Below, one piece after another: positions 50,777-62,412 of a stretch of DNA of 64,000 nt. The translations under genes were made by a program, and so were the position numbers. The stretch's first letter is position 1, and every line of letters begins with the position of its first letter. The stretch lies in the NCBI RefSeq assembly GCF_026571515.1, contig NW_026859993.1, forward strand, positions 62,001-126,000, given 5' to 3'. Below the pieces are notes generated by a model. It made no database searches. It had not been told where the DNA came from and saw only the letters and a program-made list of their open reading frames with translations. The stretch is from Ruditapes philippinarum (taxonomy: Eukaryota).

Positions 50777-52081
50777 TTATGATTTTGCAAGACCCACAAA
50801 TATGATTACATTCAAAAGTGACATAAATATACTCGTAAATAGGACAATCCAGTCAACCATATAGCTTATTTTCTTCCAAGTAATTAGATTGCCTTCGCCT
50901 TCTGACTTTTCCAGCTCGTGAATCTTTTCCTTTTCACTGTATCCAGATTTACTGTCCGGTATAATTTGTTTACTGTTCTTTGAACTGATCACAATTACAG
51001 GCTCCACCTCACCATTTCCAATTCGGCTAATTTTGCTTCGGGTACAGGTTAAAAATCTGTACACAGACTTGAGCCACGCAGGTACAATATAGCTGTCGTC
51101 CCTACTATACAGACGCATGTTAAGGATGGTGACACATACTATAAGTGCGCTTATAAACAAGTCTATAAATAACTTGTAAGTTATAAGCGGTACTGGCTTC
51201 GAAGTTTGGGGCAACAAGTCATTGACAATGGTCATGTATACAGCAATAGCGAGCAGTGTTGTGATACAGTATCCAATGCGTTCCCCCGATTCTGGCACCA
51301 AGAGAAACACAAGAACATTTAACATGCTTAGAATTGATATTGGCATTATAATGTTTATCACAGCAAAAGTTGAGTCCCTTTTCAACTTTATAGTGAACGT
51401 TATTTCAGACTCATTTCCAGTCGCTACCGTAATAACGTTAACTTTTGATCCAGTAACATCCCATAAAGTGTGAGGAGCATATGCATCAAAAGAGATGTCG
51501 GGCATTCCAGCTAGAAGATTCACTTCATGGCTTTTGTAACCAAGGGAAGTAAAACTCGTGTCGCAACTCTGAGTGTCAAACGGAAATTTCTTAGCGTTAA
51601 CACTACACGTGCTTTCAATGAGACCCGCTGGTATCCATTCCATTTGACCAAATTGGTCAACACGTATTCTGTCAGTTGATTTCCCTATAGTTGACCCTTT
51701 TGAAGAAGGACTGGATAACGTCATTTCCGGAACCCATACATCGCCGAACGAAACTGTAAGCTGTTCGATGCCACCATTAACACTTGGGTCCCATTGTAAC
51801 TTTTCGTCTGTCCATACTAGTAACAACGCTGCGACAAAAGAAAACCTTTCATCAACTTCATCAAATTCTCTAATTGACTTAATTGTCATATATATATTAA
51901 CGTTTATTGCTGAGTTTTGGTTCGTTATTGGACGCACATTTTTGTTATAACCAGTAAATAATGACGTATGCAGAGTCTCCATTTCCGTTATTGTAGCAGC
52001 GTTGATTAGTGCTATTACAAAATGTAATATTATCAAGAAACATAGTGTCCGGAACACAACAGTGTTTCCTTTGACCGCCAT
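50777..52081 (-). CDS. nAChR-like Cys-loop subunit, copy 2, 434 aa (ATG at 52081, MAVKGN...)
   Basis: Intact ORF, near-identical to copy 1; the ORF-track start at 52102 is a TTG, the first ATG is at 52081. Confidence 0.93.
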   Translation of the reverse strand: MAVKGNTVVFRTLCFLIILHFVIALINAATITEMETLHTSLFTGYNKNVRPITNQNSAINVNIYMTIKSIREFDEVDERFSFVAALLLVWTDEKLQWDPSVNGGIEQLTVSFGDVWVPEMTLSSPSSKGSTIGKSTDRIRVDQFGQMEWIPAGLIESTCSVNAKKFPFDTQSCDTSFTSLGYKSHEVNLLAGMPDISFDAYAPHTLWDVTGSKVNVITVATGNESEITFTIKLKRDSTFAVINIIMPISILSMLNVLVFLLVPESGERIGYCITTLLAIAVYMTIVNDLLPQTSKPVPLITYKLFIDLFISALIVCVTILNMRLYSRDDSYIVPAWLKSVYRFLTCTRSKISRIGNGEVEPVIVISSKNSKQIIPDSKSGYSEKEKIHELEKSEGEGNLITWKKISYMVDWIVLFTSIFMSLLNVIIFVGLAKS

Positions 52082-53479
52082 TTTTGTATCTTTATAATTC
52101 AATAACTAATTTTAAGTTTTAGTTTTATCAAGAAACTTGTGTCCGAAACACAATATATTTCCCTTTGACCGTCTTTTTGTATCTTTTTAATTTAATTTAA
52201 TAACTAATTTCAAGTTTTAATTTTATCAAGAAATTTTGTGTCCGAAACACAATAATTTCCCTTTGGCCGTCTTTTTGTATCTTTTAAATTCATTAAATTA
52301 AAACTAATTTTTAGTTTTAATTTCCACCGCCTTTTCATTAAAGAGCTTCGCCTAAACTGAAAAGATTATATTAGATCTAGCATTAGTTAAATAGCTAACG
52401 GTCGTTTATCTCTGCTATGGTATTCTTCTTCATTCATGGATTAATTCTTTGCGTGATTGAAAGAACACAATTACTTGTTTTATTTTACATGGTTCAGGTT
52501 CAAACAAGACTTTAATAATATTTTTGATTTAAATCGAAATATTTTACTGATCTTTAGCCGTTTAAAATGTTTAGAAGATTACAAAAGCAGTTGCATAATC
52601 ATAATTAAGGAATCAAAAATATTTCTGATAAGCAATGGAAATATGAATATATCACATATTAATTGAAAGTATTATAACATATTATTTTGCTAGGCATTTT
52701 AGCCAAAAGTTAGACCTTAACAAAACAAATACCTTTAGAATAGATATTTGCACATTTGCTATAGATCTACTGTTCATATGTGTTGCTACAGAACAAAAGT
52801 CATAAAAACAATCGAAGAATAAAGTGCTTAAATGCCATGCACCGATTTAATATGATTTTTCATTTAGAAAAATTCTATAAAAAATAAAAACAAGTAATAT
52901 TTATTTATTATTTAGATATAATTCTGCTCTATTTAACCGATAAATGTTTGTCAACGTGTGGTCTTTATTTCCAGCCTAATCTTTAATGTGACGCTTGATG
53001 ACATAAATGAATATCGATATTTCTCTACAGTGTAAAATGTACACAATCTCTTCTTCTCGGCCTTTTCCGTCAAACTTTTGATGATGAATTATAGTTGTTG
53101 TGTACGGATTGTTTGTTTTTTTGTTATTGTTGTTTTTAATTTTCAGCAATATAGGTTGCCCATTTATTTCCCCCGTTATTGGTTCTTTATTCATGAAAGC
53201 CAAACTTGAAGGAATGTGGATATTGAATGATTTCTTAGGCACGTGTAAAATTCACCTTCTTTATTGATAAGGTCCCCAAAAATATTACTCCCCTAGATAC
53301 CCATCTGTAGAAACAAACACTAGATCCCGCTACTTTAATGCCGGTGTTGTACGTGCCATAATTGACAAGAATTAACTTCTACATTTGAAGAAATTAAATA
53401 AAAACTGTAAAGCACATATTTCCAAAAAGGATTAAAATCTTGATGTAATTGTATTCTTGTATAATCTGTACCATACTTA

Positions 53480-54290
53480 TATATATTATTTAAAACAGGG
53501 CATGAACTTTTAACACAATGTAAAAAAATACAATTAAATGTCAACAATCTTCTTAGCTATGTTGCTTTTCAACTACATGTATACATAAAACACTTTAGGT
53601 TAAGCATCTTAAGCCCTCCAAACTTGTTTTCTTGAGATATAATATTTCTTTTTACCTTATCTCTTGAATCACTCCATAGAAAATTGAAAAAACATTTGCT
53701 GGATAATATTTATTTTTGCTAGTGCTGGATTAGGAATACTCAAATTTAAATGATTTTATTTTGAAAAAGCAAGGGTTTTCATAACCACCAATTTGCCAAG
53801 TGGCGTTAATACTCTTTTTGACCAGCAATCAATCAACAAATCAGCAAACAAATGTTTACATAAAATTTTAAAGTTTACATTGTGTTTTAATGATTCTGAA
53901 GTGCCATTTAGGAATAAACTAGTATTATAGGCATATTATGAGAGTTGATACCCTAAGCTATTAACACTAATTCCTTTTATATTATGATTACCTATTAACA
54001 ATATTGAAAGGATTTCTGCGCAAAGAATGATGAAAAGGTAGGTAGACAGAGCATCACCTTGACGGCAGCCTCTTTATCGCAAGAAACAGTATGACATGGT
54101 ACCATTAACAATAAAACCATTCTCCTTCTTGTATCCATTTAGCTCTTGATCTGATAAATACACCATACATTTTCTTCTTCCGTAAGTCTAAAATTTCCTC
54201 TCTTTTTTTGTTTTCTAAAAGTTCATAATTAGTGTTCGGCTGGGATTCAATACCCTTTATTTCTTTTAAAAGTTTATCTTCATTATTGAT
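53480..54290 (-). mobile_element. Decayed L1/Tx1-like LINE fragments
   Basis: RSRAKWIQEGE, GCRQGDALSTYLF. Confidence 0.7.
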
Positions 54291-56565
54291 TTTGTGTACG
54301 GATTGTTGTCGTATGTAATGCAACATAAATTGTAATTGTGCAATGTGCGTAAAAGCTGAGGCAAACAACCAAATGATTTTTATTTATTTAGCCAAATACC
54401 ATTTAAAATCATTTTGACTTGCTGTATAATTTACATAAAAAAACTGAATTTAAGATCAATTTTCATTGGTCATTTAAAAAAACAAACTGAAATATGGGAA
54501 TCTTATTGGACAATCTGTAGTTCTAAAATAATATGTACAGGATAGATTTATTTTAACTTTCAACTTTTTTACAGTGTTGGTGCAACGCTGTACCCACGGA
54601 TTAACTGGGAAAAAGCACCAAAATATTCACAATTCCGGAGTAAGACTATTGTACTCAGCTTGACACACTGCGAGTTTGCAGTTACATCGAGGTCCTAAGC
54701 AAAAAAAAGTAACACATCAATGTAAGGTATAATTTGTTATTTATTCCTATCATAAAGCCTTTTTTGACATGATGATCGCAATTGATTGAGACACATCACA
54801 TGATTAAGGTATGACCATCCTAATGTTCATTACATGTATAAGAACTGAAAAAGCTTAAAGGACACCTACATGCAAAATTTAACAAACTTTGTCTTGCGGT
54901 TATGGCCATTTTCTGATCTTAAGCTTAGATGTTCGAAGGGCCCTTTTTTCAAAAATATCAATATCATCCTTATGGAAAAAAATCCCAATAAGTATTCTTA
55001 AGAATTAACAACAACAACAAAATGATAACAATCAGCATCCACAAACGCATAATTATTGTTTCTTCTCAACATCTATGAAATATGTATAAAATATTTCCTA
55101 CCACACCCATTTTTAACACGTTTTTGACAATTTTCCTACTTAGCCTAATTAAGAAAGTCCCTAAATACCAACATGAGGGTTTGTTTACAAAGTTTCCTTA
55201 CTTTTCTCAAATTTGTATTGCTAATATTAAATACTTTTACCGTGTAGTTCTTATATCATACATGTACTTTGAAAATATCAGATTAATTTGTTATCATATT
55301 TAGCATTATTTAGCCTAAATTTATTATGAAATTAAAATTGAACAATTGTTTCTTTCCAAAAGGGCTATGTTAGATAGATAAATAATGTTAAAGGGAAAAA
55401 AGAAAGAAGAAAAAGTTCACTCTTCTTGGTTTTGTCCCACGGCCCCAAGTTTCAATGCAGCTAAAGTAGTTTCGCCTATTTAAATGGGTAATGCATAAAG
55501 ATGGTCATTTTCACTAATCCTTCTTTAGAAATGATAATTATAAAATGATACCTACGTCAAACATTAATCCGTTAGAAAAACTTATCAACGCTCTAAAAGT
55601 AAAAATCAAATACAATCATTGTGAAAAGGTAGAGGGAATGAAATTATTTGAATAAATAATTTAAAAACATTTAGAGATTTAGATACAATTGCAACTTACA
55701 GGGGGTTCTTTCACTTTCTTTTCCTTTCACAATTTCAATAACGCTTTTTACTAGTGTCAATTGTTATACATGTCATAGAATAGGAAAAGAAAAAAAATGC
55801 TTTGCTGAAGAAATAAAGTAATGATCTGAACACGATTTTTAAAATCACAGACCTGACATATTTCACAATTACGCACTGTCACTGCCATGCACTTACCAGT
55901 GGTAAGGAAACAAACAACTGTGTGGAAAGTATTTTTACTCGCCTTGTATTAATATATTTAAAAGCAAGCTAACGTTTGTATCAACAGATTTTTGATCCAT
56001 GCTTACTAGATAGCACATCATTTAATCACTGACAGAATATCCGTTTAAGGAAGAATTAAGGAAAACGAAATTCATATCTCTTTTATCTAACATGCTAAAA
56101 TTACTTTTACAGCTAAATAACACAGGCCCTTGCAGATATGCTAATGCATTGTTTTCTTTGCTTTAAAGATCCTGTAAACACATTTATTTATGGTTTTATA
56201 TAAAATATGATGCTCAAATTAAGATTTATCAATATTGTAAGTTAAAAAAACAACATTATTTATAAAACTATTACCGAATTTACTATTTCATGTAAATAAA
56301 GGATATAGGTAATTAGAAATTTGTTTTCTATAAATTCGAAGTCTAATTTTCCAATAGCAAATGAATGCATATAATTTTTAATTGATTCAAAATATGTGAA
56401 AATATTTGCTGTACAAATTTAAAAAATTTAAAAAAACCCCCTTTTTTTAATTATCTTTCGATTGGCTTAAACCTTTGTATTAGCATGATTAATTATACAT
56501 ATATAAAATTTCACACAAGTGTGGGATACCAACAACAATCTTTCAAAAACATACAGGATTTTTAA

Positions 56566-57878
56566 TTACGACGTTGCCATTCCCAAACAATTGATCACAC
56601 TCAAGAAAGTGACATAAATATACTTGTGCAAAGGCAAATCCAGTTCAACCATATTAGGCTTTAATTTTTTTTTTTCTTCCCCAAGTAAATTTTAGATTGC
56701 CCTTCATCCTCTGACTTTTCCGGACTCCGTGCATATTTTCCTTTTTCAGGTGTATCCCAGATTCATTTTTTCCAGTTATTTCCTTACTTTTTTTGTTTGA
56801 ATTGGGTCTGAATTACTGGCTCAATTTCACCGTTTTCGACTCGTTGATTTTTTGCGGCAGATACAGGTTAAAACTCGATACACAGCCTTGAGCCACGCAG
56901 GGACAAGATAACTGTTGTCCCTGCTATACAAACGCATGTTAAGGATGGTGACAAAATACTATCAGTGCGCTTATAAACAAGTCTATCATTAACTTGTAAG
57001 ATATAAGCGGTACTGGCTTCGAAGTTTGGGGCAACAAGTCATTGACAATGGTCATGTACACAGCAATAGCGAGAAGTGTTGTGATACAGTATCCAATGCG
57101 TTCTCCCGATTCTGGCACGAGAAGAAACACGAGAACATTTAACATGCTCAGAATTAATATTGGCATTATAATGTTTATCACAGCAAAGGTTGCATCTCTT
57201 TTCAAATTTATAGTGAACGTTATTTCAGATTCATTACCAGATGGTAATAGCATCGCGTTAACTTTTGATCCGGTGACAGCCCATAAGGTGTGAGGAGTAT
57301 AAACATCAAAAAAGACGTACGGCGATTCAGATTGAAAGATTCACTTCATGGCTCTTGTAACCTAAGGAAGTAAAACTGGTTTCGCAACTCTGAGTGTCGA
57401 ACGGAAAGTTTTTAGCGTTAACACTACACGTGCTTTCAATGAGACCCCCAGGCATCCATTCCATTTGACCAAATTGATCACCGCGAATTATGTCAGATGA
57501 TTTTCCTAATGTTGATCCTTTTGAAGAAGGACTCGACAATGTCAGTTCAGGAACCCATACATCATTGAACGACACTGTAATCTGTTCGATGCCACCATTG
57601 ACACTTGGGTCCCATTGTAACTTTTCATCTGTCCATGAAAGTACCATCGCTGCGACAAAGGAAAACTTTTCATTCACTTCATCAAAATCCCTAATTGACT
57701 TAACTGACATGTCAATTTTAACTTCAATTGCCGTGTTTTGGTTCGTTATTGGTCGCACATTTTTGTTATAACCAGTGAATAATGACGTATGTAGAGTTTC
57801 CATTTCCGTAATTGTTGCAGCGTTGATTAGTACTATTACAAAATGTAATATTATCAAAAAATTTAGTGTCCGGAACAT
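56566..57878 (-). pseudogene. nAChR-like Cys-loop subunit, copy 3, frameshifted (pseudogene or assembly error)
   Basis: ORFs 57327-57878 (ECD) and 56939-57253 (M1-M3) are collinear with copy 1; frameshifts near 57325 and 56953 and many homopolymer indels in 56570-56850. Confidence 0.8.
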
Positions 57879-58861
57879 AATAGTGTTTCCTTTGACCGCA
57901 ATTTTTTATTAAACTTTTTTATTATTATTCAAGAACTTAAAAAAAATATAATCTAATTTCAACTTTTAATTTGTGCTGATTTTCATCTAAGAGCTCCGCC
58001 GTGACAGAAATGATTGACGTAGTATAATTTTCATGGCTAATGGTCATTTATTTGAATAACGGTATAGTTGAGAGTTCAAATAGGTTTAATTAAAGAGACG
58101 CAATTACCCGTTTATTTTAATAGATTCCCCGGGTTTTAAAAAGATCAGGGTTTAAATAAAGGGTTTTAAAAAAAAAATTTTTGATTTTAATCGAAAAATT
58201 TTATTTATTTTAGCAGCTTTTTTAAAAATGAGTCCATTTTTCATAAAAGGGAAACAATTTTTTTTATAGGCCAAAAAAAAAATTTATTAATCAAACGGGT
58301 AAGAATTTTAAAAAACCAGGGGATTTTTTCTGAATTTAAACCTTTTATAGTCAAACATCAATAAAGTTTCCAAAAAAGGGAAAACAAAAAATTCTTACTT
58401 TTAAAAGATGAATTTTTGTCAAAGGGATCTTATTTTCAGTTTTATTCGGGAAATCTTTTAATTTTTTCCCTTTCAAAAAAACATTTTGGCCCAAATACGA
58501 TTGTATCGTAGAAAAGGGGAAACAATTTGCAAAAGAATTTTCATTTTTTGTTTTATTTATAAAATATACAATTTGCATTTTTTTCCCCCCTTTCCTTTGA
58601 ATATCGGATAATGACCTCGGACACCAATCTTTCCGGCAAACTTCGCATTATGAAGGATTGTCGATGTGAAAAAAACTAACATGATTTGTTTTTGTGTTAT
58701 TTGCGGATAAAATGTAGAAAATAACCAGATGTGTTTTTATTTAGTTTTCTTACAATGATATGGAATATAAAATCAGGGGTATTTATATCTGCAATAAAAT
58801 GCATAGCTGTCATGGCTCGTTGGCGCGGTTTGGAACTGTTATTTTAAAGTGTAAAAAATAT

Positions 58862-59231
58862 ATAAATACTATCAGTGCTCTTATAAACAAAAAACTGGAA
58901 ACAACGTGATCCCTCGGAAGCATTAGTCAAAACAAAAATTACATGGAAAATGCAGACTCGGTTTGATTGAGTCTTTACTTGGGGATAATGAATAGGTGCA
59001 ACAATGAATAAGTGAATAAGTTTATCATTAACTTGTAAGACATAAGCGGTACTGGGCAACAATTCATTGACAATAGTTATGTACAAGGCAATGGCAAGAA
59101 GCGTTATGATCCAAAACCCAATACGTTCTCCAAATTCTAGTACCAGAAGGGACACATGAACATTTCACATAATGACATTACAATATCACATCACAAATTG
59201 CATGCCTTTTCAACTTTATTGTGAACGTTAT
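58862..59231 (-). pseudogene. Decayed M1-M3 fragment of the same receptor family (copy 4)
   Basis: LEFGERIGFWIITLLAIALYITIVNELLP; an M3 piece at 58862-58890 is separated from the rest by about 125 bp of unrelated sequence; no ECD found. Confidence 0.75.
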
Positions 59232-61117
59232 GTTACAGGAACTTAAATCGCTATAGATCAGATAAATAAAATCCTGAAACAGTATGTTGACTTGTATTTA
59301 ATTATTTTTCCCTTAAATATTCTACCACTTGCCCCTCACCGCTGTAGGCTCGAATCCCGATGCAAGTTTGTCGGTAATTTTAGTTAATCGTTTATTAAAT
59401 ATATGTGGTCAGGAACGAGAAAAATATCACATGAAAAAATAAAACTTGAGGAAACAAGTTTGCTTCTTTGAAAAGAATAATGCGAGAGGTCTTTTTTGCT
59501 GCCGTAGCAGATTTGTTTAATTTGAAAATATTTGGGGATGAATGGTTATAAATTACAATTATTTAGCAAAATAGAATTTATTATATATATTTATTATAGT
59601 ATCATACTAAAAGTTTGTTTTACACTTCATTTTTTTAAAAATGTTTTGAATGATTATATGCGGAAGAAATGCGGAATAAACAGTATATAAAGCTGCATGC
59701 CTCCAACCACATTATTTGAGCAAAATCTTGAGTAAATTTTGTGCCAATTGCGCCAAAAAATTTCCGTTGCGTTATTTAGTAATACCGATTCAAAGGAGCA
59801 TCACTATTTTGGTTCACGGTTCACTCGGTCATATAATAGTGCATGGTGATATTGTACCTGTAATGTTCACTGTTACTATTCATCGGAACATGAAATAGTA
59901 AAACGCTTTTCAGAAAACAATATGGTAATCGATTTATACAATATAAAAGATTAAAACGGAATTAAACATCCACGAAACGTAAATGATATTTTCCGATTTT
60001 TCTATGTACCGATTCGTTCATTTCGATGTTAATCTTTCGTTTAAGTTAAGTCGCAATTTGAAACGGAACATGCGCGAATCAATTTTTGTAGACTGCTCCT
60101 AATGATTTTACGCTTTAAATGAGATTCGTTCACTACAAAATACTGTGGAGAGGTCTGATGACCTCTCCAATTTTTGAATATCGATATTTGTCTATTGTAA
60201 TATTATGCAACAAAGGGCAACTAAGGTTGTATTTATACAATTTGCGCTTTCTAGAAAATAACCAGATGGTTTTTTCTTTATAACGATATCGGATATAAAA
60301 TGAGAGATATCTATGTCTTCGATAAAATGTGTCTTTACCATCAAAAATGGTGCTTAATGATAATAAAACAAGTGTAGAACACATTCAAATGTTTCTTTTG
60401 TTAAAAAAACATCACTGTAGATCTTGTAAGAGGACTTCTGCTAGAGTTTATACATTTGTATATGTGGTTATTCGCAATGTGGTTGACATGCTAAAGATGA
60501 AACCGTAGATAACTGCATTCTGGGTGTCACATTGTCAACTTTTGCCGTTTAATGCATTTCTTAAGGGATTCCGTTTCCTCTTTTTATAGCCAGGCTAGAA
60601 CGCATAGCTGGAAGCATGAATTTGAAATAAAAAAAGACTGAATGAGCCATCAAGAATTCCACATCTAATTGATTGAAAAAAGGCATTGCTACAAAAAGAA
60701 TGAACTGTACTTAACTACTTAAAAGAATATGACAACCATGAACATGTACAAATTATTATTTGCTTTACTATTCGATTTAAACGAAAAAATTGCCCGAATC
60801 TTTCTGCGATTGAAAATGTTTTCATATACATCGATACTGTTGAAATCTGTCCAATGCCCTCGGTAACCGAAGCTATTTACCTTATGTCAGAATCAGTTTG
60901 TTCCGACGATGCTGGCCGAAGGACTAGAATAAGAAAAAATCGCTTAATAATTTGATAATCACAAGCTCTCTGTAAAATATTCATCAACGTGAATTTGCTA
61001 ATGTATATTTCATCACAATACCCGCTGTGCAACATAATATTAGCACGTTGCTAAGTATGCTGCGATATTTGGTAAAACTTTAAAACTTAAGGATGATCGT
61101 AAAAGATCTGTTTACAT

Positions 61118-62412
61118 CTACGAGGTTGTCATTCCAATAAATATGATCATATTGATCACTGAGAAAAGCAAACAAGTGAAAAGAGCAATCCAGTCGATCA
61201 TATAACTTATTCTTTTCCATGTTATATGACCATCTTCCTTCTCTGAATTTTCAAGGTCGTTGGAACTTTTATTTCCTTTATGTTTAGATTGATTTTCCTG
61301 CATTGCACTTCTTTCATTTAAATTGTTTTCACTTTCTGCTTTGATTCCCGCGGTGTCGTCTGGATAAATTTTTCTGCCGGTACAAAATAAAAATCTGTAT
61401 ACGACTTTTAGCAGTTTTGGTACACTATTGTTATCGTCTTTACTATATAGTCGCATGTTAACGATGGTAACAAAAACTATCAGCGCGCTTGTGAGCAAAT
61501 CAATCATCAACTTGTAGGAAATAAGCGGTACTGGCTGTGAAGTTTGGGGCAGTGAAGTCATTGACAATGGTCATGTAGACAGCAATTGCGAGAAGTGTCG
61601 TAATGCAGTACCCTATACGTTCGCCCGATTTTGGCTTCAAAATAAATACAAGAACATTTAATTAGCTAAGTACAGATATGGGCATTAAAATGTTTATCAC
61701 AGCAAAAGTTGCATCCCTTTTCAACTATATAGTGAACGTTATTTCAACCTCATGATCAGATCCTAAAAGCGTCGTTTTTACTGCTGATCCAGTGACATCC
61801 CATAATGCATGAGGAGAATATACAATGTATTGAACTCCAGCTACAAGATTCACTTCATTGCTCTTGTACCCTAGGGACATAAATTTGATATCGCAACTCT
61901 GAGTATCAAAGGGAAATTTATTAGCGTTAACGTTGCACGTGCTTTCAATGAGCCCCGCTGGCATCCACTCAGTTTCACCCCAATCATTAACACGGATTCT
62001 GTCTGAAGATTTACCTATTGTTGTTCCTTTTGAAGAAGGACTTGACAAAGTCAGTTCTGGTACCCATACGTCATCGTAAGATACTGTTATTTGCTCGATT
62101 CCACCATTTAGCTTTTTGTCCCAACGTAACTTTTCATCCATCCAGTGAAGTTGCAAGGCTGCAACAAAAGCAAATTTTTCATCCACTTCGTCGAATTCTT
62201 TTATTGACTTTATAAACATAAATACTTTTACGTCAATGGTCAAGCTTTGATCCGTTATTGGACGCACATTTTTGTTATAGCCAGTGAATAACGACATATG
62301 AAGATTCTCCATTTCCGTGATATTAGCTGCGTTTATAAGCGATAATAACAAAATATAATACTTTCAAGTATCTGAAGGCTTGGAAAACACCAGTATATCC
62401 TTCAAAAGCCAT
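61118..62412 (-). pseudogene. nAChR-like Cys-loop subunit, copy 5, more divergent, disrupted
   Basis: ATG 62412 (MAFEGYT.., matches MAVKGNT), +1 shift near 62345, TAG for AAG at 61725-61727, TAA in M1 near 61662, +1 shift near 61552; Cys-loop CNVNANKFPFDTQSC; intact M3-M4 ORF 61118-61567. Confidence 0.8.

Larger units (their letters stand above)
41710..53183. repeat. Tandem segmental duplication (units about 41710-46779 and 46831-53183), each carrying one receptor gene
   Basis: Collinear non-coding homology, e.g. tacatataaactgagggaaatactg at 41771 and about 46886; atttcccccgt(a/t)attggt at about 46762 and 53166; unit 2 is longer mainly by the 48206-49364 insert. Confidence 0.9.
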
